A stretch of DNA of 30,868 nucleotides. Source: Sulfurimonadaceae bacterium (GTDB taxonomy: Bacteria; Campylobacterota; Campylobacteria; Campylobacterales; Sulfurimonadaceae). The notes beneath the pieces are model-generated. The model worked only from the letters and a program-made list of their open reading frames with translations, searched no databases and was not told the DNA's origin. Where the stretch lies: NCBI GenBank assembly GCA_041571435.1, contig JBFFUI010000026.1, positions 1-30,868 of the forward strand. The letters run 5' to 3'. The translations under genes and the position numbers were made by a program. Every line of letters begins with the position of its first letter. Positions within the stretch are counted from its first letter, which is position 1. Of the stretch, positions 19,793-28,033 are shown one piece after another.

Positions 19793-19993
19793 TTATTTCG
19801 CTGCGTAACGTGCTTTGAATTTCTCAATACGTCCGGCAGTATCTACGATCTTCTCAGAACCTGTGAAGAATGGGTGACATGCATTACAGATGTCAACACG
19901 TAGTTCAGATTTTGTACTTTTAGTAACAAATTCGTTACCACATGCACAAGATACAGCACATTCAACTGATGTCGGGTGAATCTCTTTTTTCAT
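19793..19993 (-). CDS. rpmE: 50S ribosomal protein L31 (Cys-containing, Zn-binding type)
   Basis: [28 protein letters not shown]. Confidence 0.98.
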   Translation of the reverse strand: MKKEIHPTSVECAVSCACGNEFVTKSTKSELRVDICNACHPFFTGSEKIVDTAGRIEKFKARYAAK

Positions 19994-20069
19994 AACTTTG
20001 CCTTTTGTGCCACGTCAAGTACGTAGTCACGGTATATTTTTAAAATCCGTACGGGTGCGGATTATTAAG
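19994..20069 (-). promoter_or_regulatory. Structured 5' leader of rpmE (two hairpins)
   Basis: TATAAT at 20076-20081; hairpins at 20044-20063 and 20007-20030 lie before the AAGG SD. Confidence 0.5.
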
Positions 20070-20184
20070 ACGCGAATTATATCCAAATAAGTTGAGAATT
20101 ACAATATAGTGGCGATTTCTCATCGTAGAAACCCTGTTTCGAAGATTATTTGGCAGCGTCGCAACCTCTTATGAGGTCACATCA

Positions 20185-20856
20185 TCAGAGCAGTATCTTG
20201 GAGGCGATCGCCGTCACTGCCGTTTCTGAACGGAGGATCATCGGCGTGTCCAGACGAAACATTTTCTGGTTTTCCAGCAGTGCCCGTTCGGCTTTGCTGA
20301 GTCCCCCTTCACTGCCGATGAGGACGGTATCGATCTCGCTGCTCTCTTCAAGGACCTCATCGCAGAAGTCAAAGACGACGGTCTGCGGGTTCTGTTTGAC
20401 AAAGGCTTCGATGTTTTTCATCTCATCGAAGCGCATTATCTCAGAGCGGCCGCACTGCTGCATCGAACTTTCCAGTATGCGCTCGTATCGTTTAAAGTCC
20501 GGCTTGAAGTTTTTCTGCGAACGATCACAGTAGATAAAGGTTATCTTCGCGACACCGAGTTCATTTAGCAAAGGGAGCACCTTTTCAACAGACTTGCTGT
20601 CCACGACACACCAGCCGATATGCAACTTCTTGGAGGCTTTTACCTCCTCAAACGCTGCTGTAACCAGTTCAAGTGTAGCACTGCGCCCGTCAACATCAAC
20701 GATCTTGTAACGGTAAAGTATCTCACTTGAGTTCTGTTTACGAAAGCCCAGTTCGTCACCGACTTTATGACGTCGCACTTTGATGATATATTTAAACGAT
20801 TCGCCCTTCAGCGAAAACGTCTCTTTTCCGGCATTCTCGTCAAAAAGAAACCTCAC
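20185..20856 (-). CDS. rsmE: 16S rRNA m3U1498 methyltransferase
   Basis: IIKVRR, ELGV, QQCGRS, LIGSEGGLS, ILRSETA. Confidence 0.93.
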   Translation of the reverse strand: MRFLFDENAGKETFSLKGESFKYIIKVRRHKVGDELGFRKQNSSEILYRYKIVDVDGRSATLELVTAAFEEVKASKKLHIGWCVVDSKSVEKVLPLLNELGVAKITFIYCDRSQKNFKPDFKRYERILESSMQQCGRSEIMRFDEMKNIEAFVKQNPQTVVFDFCDEVLEESSEIDTVLIGSEGGLSKAERALLENQKMFRLDTPMILRSETAVTAIASKILL

Positions 20857-21260
20857 AGGTACATCCAGATACTGATGAGAATGATCAGTGCTATCTCGCT
20901 GACCAGGATCTTCTGCGCGTCTTTTTTGTACTTTTCAAAGGCACCCTCTTCGGCGATAGAAGCATACTTCAGCGGACGTGAACGTTTGATCTCAAAAAAG
21001 ATAAGGATGATCGATACAAGGATCATGATGATATTGGGGACGGTAAATGCAAGGTGCTTGGCGGCCATCATCACCGTGCCGGTAAAGATGGGAACAAACA
21101 TCGCCATAAAGATCAGCGGGCCCTGGATGCGTATCTTGCGAAGATACGCCATGACATCTCTTGCGCGTGCCAGTTGCCATAGGCTTGCCAAAAAGATCAC
21201 TAACAACAATATAACGCCGATTGCGTGAGCGCCAAGACTCATTTCATACATTTCATTCAT
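20853..21260 (-). CDS. Hypothetical integral membrane protein (about 4 TM helices)
   Basis: Four hydrophobic segments; stop overlaps the rsmE start. Start taken at MNEMY. Confidence 0.75.
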   Translation of the reverse strand: MNEMYEMSLGAHAIGVILLLVIFLASLWQLARARDVMAYLRKIRIQGPLIFMAMFVPIFTGTVMMAAKHLAFTVPNIIMILVSIILIFFEIKRSRPLKYASIAEEGAFEKYKKDAQKILVSEIALIILISIWMYL

Positions 21261-21318
21261 AACCAAAATTTTACACAAATTCATCTATAATCTTTCTACT
21301 ATCAACGCAAGGATTCTT

Positions 21319-22539
21319 ATGGCGGTTACTGTTGACGAGGCACTTTCATTAATTTTTAAAGAGGTTAGACCAAAATCGAAACAGCTCTTACCCATCGAAA
21401 TGGCCTTGGGTCATGTGTTAGCGGAGGAGATTATCGCTACCCACAATCTGCCCCCTTTTGACAACTCGGCAATGGACGGTTATGCTATTAAAATTGAGGG
21501 TGCCGGGGAGGTCCTGGACTGCGAACACACCATCTTCGCAGGTGACAAAGAGGAGATCAAACTCCTGGACAGAAACTGCATCAAGATCATGACGGGCGCA
21601 CGCATTCCCCACGGCTGTGAAGCAGTTGTCCCGGTTGAAGAGACGACTGTTGACGGGGACAAGATCATCATGCCCAAGAATGTGACCGCATCGCAACATA
21701 TTCGTCTGACGGGTGAAGATATCCAGTGTGGCGACCTGCTGCTCGAATGTGGCGAACGTCTTCATGCCCATCACATCACCCTGCTCGCCTCTCAGGGCAT
21801 CTCTCAGGTCCAGGTCTATAAAAGACCCCGTGTCGCACTTTTCGCTTCCGGCAGTGAACTGAAGATGCATTGTGAACAGGTGACAGAATATCAGCTTTAC
21901 AATACCAACACCCCGACGATCCTGGCACGCTGTCAGGAACTCGGCTGTGACGTAGAGTTTATCGGCACGGCAGTCGACAGCCTCGAAGCGATCAACGAGC
22001 TTATCACATCTGCTCTTGATGCCGATCTGATCATCACATCCGGCGGCGTCAGTGTCGGTGATGCCGACTACACCAAAGAGGCATTTAGCGCTTTTGACTA
22101 TGAATGCCTCTTTGAAAAAGTAGAGATCAAACCCGGCAAGCCAACGACCTTTGGCCGTATAGCAAACACCTATGTGTTGAACCTCCCCGGCAACCCGCTT
22201 GCCGCTGCACTGATCTTTGAGATCTTTGGCCAAAGCACTGTCAACGCACTCTCTGCCGTCAAAGAGAAGTACCTCTCTACCTTGCATACTATACTCAAAA
22301 AAGCGTATAAGACACGACCGGGGCGCAACACACTGGTACCCGGGTTTTATGACGGCGAGACCTTCGAAGTCTGTGACAAATATGCTCCGGGGATGATCTC
22401 ACCGCTTGCCAAATCGAATGGATTGATTTTTGTCGATGAGAGTGTCAGTGAACTGGAGGCGGGAGCCGCTGTCAAAGTGATTCCTACCCGCTTCAGTTTT
22501 AATTCTTCGGAGAAGACATCACTGTTTACGACGGCTTGA
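21319..22539 (+). CDS. moeA: Molybdopterin molybdotransferase
   Basis: PPFDNSAMDGYA, IMTGA, SGGVSVGDAD, IKPGKP, LPGNP. TATAAT at 21286-21291 and AAGGA SD. Confidence 0.96.
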   Translation: MAVTVDEALSLIFKEVRPKSKQLLPIEMALGHVLAEEIIATHNLPPFDNSAMDGYAIKIEGAGEVLDCEHTIFAGDKEEIKLLDRNCIKIMTGARIPHGCEAVVPVEETTVDGDKIIMPKNVTASQHIRLTGEDIQCGDLLLECGERLHAHHITLLASQGISQVQVYKRPRVALFASGSELKMHCEQVTEYQLYNTNTPTILARCQELGCDVEFIGTAVDSLEAINELITSALDADLIITSGGVSVGDADYTKEAFSAFDYECLFEKVEIKPGKPTTFGRIANTYVLNLPGNPLAAALIFEIFGQSTVNALSAVKEKYLSTLHTILKKAYKTRPGRNTLVPGFYDGETFEVCDKYAPGMISPLAKSNGLIFVDESVSELEAGAAVKVIPTRFSFNSSEKTSLFTTA

Positions 22540-22609
22540 CAACAAGAGTGAAAGAAGTGGTTTAGTTCAAGAGCGGGCAGTCAGATAGAAAAGAGTTGAT
22601 TGTATAAGA

Positions 22610-23191
22610 TCAAACCGTGTCTGGATTGATAAACGTCTCCCCGTTTTTTATCTTCTCCCACAACTTTGGCTCATGCCAGTCTGCACGCACCGCGTCACTG
22701 AAGATGATCCTCTCAAGATCGATGCGGCCCATCTGTTCTGAATAGGCGTCTTCTTCGAACCCCTGCGCGTACCCCGTTGCCGTTTCATGGACAATCACAC
22801 TGTTGAGTTTCACATTCATTTCGCCATTGACCATCGAAGTCAGTTTCAAAAGCGTATCTATCATGATAAAAATCACGCGACAAAACTGCTCTGCAGAAGG
22901 CGATACCGGAAGCTGTACCCAGCGGTCAGAATGCTTTTTCATGTCGTTGATGTACTCTATGTCATCCTCATCCCACAGCGTTGTCGCATGGTCAAAACTG
23001 TCGATAAGGTCTTTCATGTTCCGTTTCATGAGACCGAAGTCATAGACCATCTGGCCATGGTCCAAAAAATTGGATTCAAAAAGTATTTCAATGATGTAGG
23101 AGTGCCCGTGAATCGATGCACGGCAGCGCTGTGAAGAGCAGCCCCGCACAATGTGGGCATTTTCAAATTTAAACTGTTTTCTGATTATCAT
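22610..23191 (-). CDS. queD: 6-carboxy-5,6,7,8-tetrahydropterin synthase, long Cx4HGH (QueD2-like) form
   Basis: FENAH, CRASIHGHSY, MVYDFG, FDH, SAEQ, VHET. Confidence 0.9.
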   Translation of the reverse strand: MIIRKQFKFENAHIVRGCSSQRCRASIHGHSYIIEILFESNFLDHGQMVYDFGLMKRNMKDLIDSFDHATTLWDEDDIEYINDMKKHSDRWVQLPVSPSAEQFCRVIFIMIDTLLKLTSMVNGEMNVKLNSVIVHETATGYAQGFEEDAYSEQMGRIDLERIIFSDAVRADWHEPKLWEKIKNGETFINPDTV

Positions 23192-23248
23192 AGGGTGATT
23201 ATAGCATTGTTAATAAATGGAGTGATAAAAAAAGCTCTTTCATGTAAA

Positions 23249-23348
23249 AGTTTTGGATTTGGTGCAGATTGTGTTCAACTCTGACCGAAGGCGTACATCA
23301 GTACGTCGAGCGTCTGAGTTGGACGCAAGATGTGCCGAAGCCGACACT
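23249..23348 (+). repeat. Long imperfect inverted repeat (REP-like element or structured ncRNA)
   Basis: Manual fold of 23253-23344 gives 36 pairs including 7 G-T/G-U, a tandem GA/GA loop and a GGCGTAC-atca-GTACGTC apex. Confidence 0.75.
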
Positions 23349-23353
23349 GTTAC

Positions 23354-24112
23354 TCAGACGCCGTGGACTTCGTCCCAAATCCGTATGTGCAGCCGGTCAC
23401 TGTAGGTATACCCTTTAACCTTGCAATACTCGATCAGCGGCTCGGCATTGCGTTCCACCTCGGCTTTGGAACCGCCGACCGGCATGCAGTAGACCTGCGT
23501 GTTCGGGGCATGGGCGATGATCTCTTCTATCTGTTCATCGAGACTGATATCGATCGAGTCGGCATCGATGGAAAATTTAAAAAAGGCCTCTTTGGCGTTT
23601 GTCGCCAGGGAGAAGATCGTGTTAGGCCGGATCCGTTTGCTGTAGGACTCTCCACTGTTCTCGAGTTTGACCGACAGGGCGAACACGCACTTTTTGTAGA
23701 CAGGAAAGCGCTCAAAATCGACAGAGATAGAGCCGTTGGTCTCAAATGTGACGCGAAGTCCCCGTTTTACCATTGCCTCCAGAAATGCGATGAAGATCGG
23801 GTCCTCCGCATACATCAACGGCTCACCGCCTGTCAGGACCACATCGACATTATCCGGAAGGGCATACAGCTCAAACACGCCGAGCAGCTGCTGGAGCTCT
23901 TTTATCTCGATCCAGTTGACGGCAAAGTGTTCCCGGTTGACCGCATAGACCGTATCGCATCCCACGATGGTCTCTCCGTTGGGCGCTTCTTGTTCGCATC
24001 CAAAGCCTTCACAGCGCATGTTGCAGCCGCCAAAACGAAAAAAGAGCGACGGTACACCGACATACCGTCCTTCACCTTGAATAGAGAAGAAATGCTCGAC
24101 CAGGTAAATCAT
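23354..24112 (-). CDS. queE: 7-carboxy-7-deazaguanine synthase (radical SAM)
   Basis: FFSIQGEG, FFRFGGCNMRC...GCDT, LTGGEP, FETNG, RLHI; adjacent to queD. Confidence 0.93.
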   Translation of the reverse strand: MIYLVEHFFSIQGEGRYVGVPSLFFRFGGCNMRCEGFGCEQEAPNGETIVGCDTVYAVNREHFAVNWIEIKELQQLLGVFELYALPDNVDVVLTGGEPLMYAEDPIFIAFLEAMVKRGLRVTFETNGSISVDFERFPVYKKCVFALSVKLENSGESYSKRIRPNTIFSLATNAKEAFFKFSIDADSIDISLDEQIEEIIAHAPNTQVYCMPVGGSKAEVERNAEPLIEYCKVKGYTYSDRLHIRIWDEVHGV

Positions 24113-25083
24113 CAGCCGCCAGTTTCGTAAAACGCTCTGGACGAAGACTCGCCGTCCTCTTCCGACCAGCGGTTTTTTTCCGGTTTGGTACGGACCACTT
24201 CTTTAAGGACAGCGGAGGCTGTCTTGATGTCCCCTTTACGCACGGCATCACGGATACTCATCGCTTCATCAAAATAGAGACAAGGGATCAGGTCACCTTC
24301 TGCCGTGATGCGGATACGGTTGCACGTCGAGCAGAAGTCATCTTTGTACGGTTCGATGATACCGAAACGGTACCCGTCGCTGAGGGAGTAGTAGTGTGAC
24401 GGCGATTGTGCTTCCAGCCCTTCATCGATATACGGGTACTTCTCACCGATAAGCGCCAAAAGCTCGTCGCTCTTCATCCCTTTGATGTCGACTGCGGCAT
24501 GGACGTTCTCCATGTACTCGATAAAGCGTACGCTCATGCCGCGCTCTTTGCAGTACTCCAGCACATCAAGGATCTCATTCTCATTGAGCCCTTTCATCGG
24601 CACCATGTTGACTTTGACCTTCATGCCGACATTCAGGGCCTCATCGACGCCCTCAAGCACCTGCTGCAAGACATCTTTCTGCGCGATCTTCTCTGCAACA
24701 TCGGGGATCAGCGAGTCAATAGAGACGTTGATGCGTTTAAGTCCGGCATCTTTTAGCTTCTGTGCGGCCCCCTTGAGAAGAAAAGCATTCGTAGTCATGG
24801 CAAGATCGATGTCGGGTTTATAGTCGTAGATCATCTTGATAAACTTGTCCAGGTCTTCGCGGAGCAATGGCTCTCCGCCCGTAATGCGGATCTTGTTGAC
24901 CCCCTCGTCGATAGCGACCTTCATAAATGCAAACATATCTTCAAAACTGAGCAGGTTCTCTTTGGGCTTCCACGAAAACGGTTTTTCCGGCATACAGTAC
25001 TGGCATCTAAAGTTACAGCGTTCTGTCACTGAGACACGGATGTAATTTACTTCCCGGCCGTAACTGTCTATTAATTTATTCAT
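24112..25083 (-). CDS. moaA: GTP 3',8-cyclase (Moco biosynthesis)
   Basis: [31 protein letters not shown]...PCL, C-terminal GG. Confidence 0.97.
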   Translation of the reverse strand: MNKLIDSYGREVNYIRVSVTERCNFRCQYCMPEKPFSWKPKENLLSFEDMFAFMKVAIDEGVNKIRITGGEPLLREDLDKFIKMIYDYKPDIDLAMTTNAFLLKGAAQKLKDAGLKRINVSIDSLIPDVAEKIAQKDVLQQVLEGVDEALNVGMKVKVNMVPMKGLNENEILDVLEYCKERGMSVRFIEYMENVHAAVDIKGMKSDELLALIGEKYPYIDEGLEAQSPSHYYSLSDGYRFGIIEPYKDDFCSTCNRIRITAEGDLIPCLYFDEAMSIRDAVRKGDIKTASAVLKEVVRTKPEKNRWSEEDGESSSRAFYETGG

Positions 25084-25101
25084 TTTTTCAGGAGACCTCA
25101 A

Positions 25102-25127
25102 ATTTGCTTCTATTATTTGCTTCTATT
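25102..25127. repeat. 13-bp tandem duplication in the moaA 5' region
   Basis: ATTTGCTTCTATT repeated twice (25102-25114 and 25115-25127). Confidence 0.85.
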
Positions 25128-25160
25128 ATCGGAATAATATCTTATTTATTGTTTGAGCGC

Positions 25161-25202
25161 ATTATACCGCTAAGTTGGTTGGAAATTCTTGATGTAGATT
25201 AA
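25161..25202 (-). promoter_or_regulatory. moaA promoter: TATAAT plus a Crp/Fnr-type box
   Basis: -10 at 25161-25166; TTGAT-gtag-ATTAA at 25189-25202, centred at -41.5. Confidence 0.65.
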
Positions 25203-25224
25203 GGCTGAGATTATAGTTAGGCGT

Positions 25225-25257
25225 AAAAAAGGGTTAAGAGAGGCGTCTCTCTTAACC
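25225..25257 (-). terminator. Intrinsic terminator of petABC
   Basis: GGTTAAGAGAG-acgc-CTCTCTTAACC followed by C and T6 on the minus strand. Confidence 0.85.
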
Positions 25258-25271
25258 GATGGATTAAGCTG

Positions 25272-26207
25272 TTAGTGCAGCTCTTTCCAGATCTGGCGCT
25301 TCCAGAGGTAAGCAGCGAGTACGAAGAAGATCAGGTAGATCATAACGTTCATACCGACGGCATTACGCTCCTCGGCTTTAGGATCGCCTGCCATTTTCAT
25401 GTAGTCGATCACTTTTTCAGCTGATTCGGCTGTCACACCTGTACGAGGCATCGCCGTACCGTGCAGCTGGCTCTGCGGGTTTTCGATAAATGTAGACAAA
25501 AAGTGTTCACTGCGTGAACGGATATACATCGAAAGGTCCGGCGGCAGTTTACCCAGATAGGCTTTTACTGCGTCCTGATAGTCCATGACATCTGCCTGGT
25601 AACGCAGCTCATCTTTTTTGTATTTAAACTTTGGCATCTCACCCAGCTGTGTCCACTTGGTGTAACGGACAGCGTGACAACGGCCACAGGCATTTTCAAA
25701 TGCCATTGTCGGTGTCACCTCTTCCGCTTTTACCGCGATAGACTGCAAATAAGCAACGATGTCCGCGATCTCCTGATCGATGTCGTCACCGCCCGCACCG
25801 TAAAATGAAGGCATCGGGTGCATACGCGTGTCGCTGAACTTGTGCTCAACAGCCGTAGCGTGTGCCGGGTTCTTGATCAGGGCTGCAAGGAATTTTGCAT
25901 CGTAGATCGCACCTGCATTACTCAGGTCCGGCGGGTTGACGCCATATGCTGCAGCCGAATCCTTGGCAGACATTCCTGTCTCCATACCGAGTACTTTGAC
26001 ATTGTGACAACCGATACAGCCGCCGGCCATAAAGGTATCGGCACCGCGTGTCGCGTCACCTTTTTTCTCAAGTGCTGGAAGATCAGCATAAGCGAACTGT
26101 TCGCTTTCGACATGAGCGTGCATCTGACCGTGAGCAAACGGCTCTACCAGCCAATATGTTAGTAGAGAAAAGAATACTACTACCGCTAATATTACAAATT
26201 CTTTCAT
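25272..26207 (-). CDS. petC: Dihaem cytochrome c subunit of the bc complex
   Basis: CIGCH and CGRCH, two PPDLS motifs, GTAMP, C-terminal anchor ending WKRQIWKELH. Confidence 0.93.
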   Translation of the reverse strand: MKEFVILAVVVFFSLLTYWLVEPFAHGQMHAHVESEQFAYADLPALEKKGDATRGADTFMAGGCIGCHNVKVLGMETGMSAKDSAAAYGVNPPDLSNAGAIYDAKFLAALIKNPAHATAVEHKFSDTRMHPMPSFYGAGGDDIDQEIADIVAYLQSIAVKAEEVTPTMAFENACGRCHAVRYTKWTQLGEMPKFKYKKDELRYQADVMDYQDAVKAYLGKLPPDLSMYIRSRSEHFLSTFIENPQSQLHGTAMPRTGVTAESAEKVIDYMKMAGDPKAEERNAVGMNVMIYLIFFVLAAYLWKRQIWKELH

Positions 26208-26217
26208 TTTCTTCTCC

Positions 26218-27432
26218 CTATAACTTTTTTTCTAGTTTTGTGATGATCGGCAGGAGGACCCACAGACCGATGAAGACAAGGGCCGCAACCTTACCGATAG
26301 TGCTGTAGTCACCTGACGGAGGCAGTTTACCCATTGCCGTCAATACGATCATATCGACCAGCATGACCCAGAACCAGATACTGAAGAGTCCACGACGGTT
26401 TGCCGGAACGGCGTTTGGACTTCTGTCGAGGAACGGCAGCAGGAAGAAGATGACCTGCGCAAAGCCAAAGGCGATCAGACCGATATCTTTTGAGAACGGG
26501 CGAAGGATCTCATAAGACCACAGGAAGTACCACTCAGGGTAGATGTGTGCCGGTGTTACAAGACCGTCTGCCGGGTCAAAGTTGACCGGGTCCATTGCAA
26601 ATGCATAGTTCCAGAAAACAAGATAGAAGAAGAAGACAAGGTAGATCGCAACAACGAAAAGGTCCTTACTCATAAAGTCATTTGCAAATGCAATCACTTT
26701 GGAAGCGGCTTTGTTACCTGCTTTGTATTTTTCTGCTTCCGCTTTGAAATCGATCTCTTCACCGTTCTGGTTGTTGACGTGCGGAATACGAAGTGCTCCG
26801 AAGTGAATACCAATCAGTACCAGAATTGCCAATGGAAGCAGCAGGACGTGAAGCATAAAGAAACGTGTCAGGAAGGCTTGCGCAGGAACGTAGTCACCGC
26901 GGATCCACTCAACAACACCGTTGAGTTCAAGCGAACCGGCACTGAACAGGTTGGTAATAACCATTCCCGCCCAGTATGACATCTGACCCCAAGGCAGCAT
27001 GTATCCAGAGAACGCCTCTGCAGAGAAGGTAACGAAAAGGAGCATACCCGAGATCCAGATCATCTCACGGCCTTTTTTGTATGAACCGTAATAGATACCT
27101 GTGAACATGTGAATATAGATGATCAAGAAGACGACTGATGCCGCAACGGCATGCACATGACGCCACAACCACCCAAACTCGACCTCCTGCATTATCGTGT
27201 AGTTTACACTGTCAAATGCCGTTGCGACATTTGGCTGATAGTACATCAACAAGAATATCCCCGAAATCAGTAAGATACCGAATGTAACGGCAAGAACCAT
27301 ACCCATTGCCCAAAGGAAGTTGATGTCTTTCGGGATCCAATACTCTTTAGCCAGTACCCGACGAAGTGTATTGACAGCTAAACGCTGATCCATCCACTCG
27401 TTTACACTGTTTGCTTTTTCAAAATGTGCCAT
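26218..27432 (-). CDS. petB: Cytochrome b
   Basis: GWLWRHVHA, GYMLPWGQMSYWA, RFFMLH, IYPEWYF. Confidence 0.97.
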   Translation of the reverse strand: MAHFEKANSVNEWMDQRLAVNTLRRVLAKEYWIPKDINFLWAMGMVLAVTFGILLISGIFLLMYYQPNVATAFDSVNYTIMQEVEFGWLWRHVHAVAASVVFLIIYIHMFTGIYYGSYKKGREMIWISGMLLFVTFSAEAFSGYMLPWGQMSYWAGMVITNLFSAGSLELNGVVEWIRGDYVPAQAFLTRFFMLHVLLLPLAILVLIGIHFGALRIPHVNNQNGEEIDFKAEAEKYKAGNKAASKVIAFANDFMSKDLFVVAIYLVFFFYLVFWNYAFAMDPVNFDPADGLVTPAHIYPEWYFLWSYEILRPFSKDIGLIAFGFAQVIFFLLPFLDRSPNAVPANRRGLFSIWFWVMLVDMIVLTAMGKLPPSGDYSTIGKVAALVFIGLWVLLPIITKLEKKL

Positions 27433-27450
27433 AAAATTTCTCCTCTATAG

Positions 27451-27972
27451 CTAGGCAATAATGCCCGACTCTTTCATCTTGGAATATTCCGGACCTTCTT
27501 CACCCAAAACAACAGTTGTACCATTGATCTTGAAAGGGGGGATGATGAGAGGACTTGGAGGCGGTGACTTTGTGTCAATACCGGATGAATCGAATTCACC
27601 ACCATGGCAGGCACATTTGAAATCATGCTTCCCTTCACGGTATGCCGGAATACAGCCAAGGTGCGTACAGAGGCCGATCGCGATCAAGTAGTGGTCGTCA
27701 CCGATCACAACGTCACGTGCTGTCTGCTTCGGCGTTTGGGCAGCCACCATCTCTGCTGTCTTTCGTAAAACGAAGACAGGCTTACCGCGCCATTTCTCAA
27801 CGATCAGTTTGTTCGGTGTACATACCGACATGTCGATAGTTGTAAACCCTGCTGCTTTAACACTTGGAAGCGGATCCCATGATTTTTTCATGGCATATAA
27901 AGCACCTACAGCTCCGACACCGGCAACGGCACCGAAAGCTTTACCCATAAAGCCTCTTCTTGTCTGGTTCAT
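27451..27972 (-). CDS. petA: Rieske iron-sulfur subunit
   Basis: Tat motif TRRGFM, CTHLGC and CACHGG. Start at MNQT. Confidence 0.96.
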   Translation of the reverse strand: MNQTRRGFMGKAFGAVAGVGAVGALYAMKKSWDPLPSVKAAGFTTIDMSVCTPNKLIVEKWRGKPVFVLRKTAEMVAAQTPKQTARDVVIGDDHYLIAIGLCTHLGCIPAYREGKHDFKCACHGGEFDSSGIDTKSPPPSPLIIPPFKINGTTVVLGEEGPEYSKMKESGIIA

Positions 27973-28033
27973 CTCTTTACTCACTCTGTGTGAAATTTTC
28001 AAAGGCTATAGTAGGTGAAAGGAGATTAATATC

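Noticed and set aside
22596..22613. FNR box TTGAT...ATCAA
   Set aside because: The spacer is 8 nt rather than 4, and it lies between convergent gene ends.
23281..23311. Hammerhead ribozyme (CTGACCGA followed by a stem)
   Set aside because: The core is not CUGANGA, and the stem is followed by GAGC rather than GAAA.
23192..23353. preQ1 riboswitch upstream of queD
   Set aside because: I found no preQ1-I stem with an A-rich tail on the coding strand. The hairpin folds on the opposite strand and lies upstream of the queD -10.
25084..25160. Moco riboswitch before moaA
   Set aside because: The UTR is short, AT-rich and shows no multi-stem structure.
25272..26207. Dihaem cytochrome in place of monohaem c1 as a novelty
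   Set aside because: This is a known feature of Campylobacterota bc complexes.
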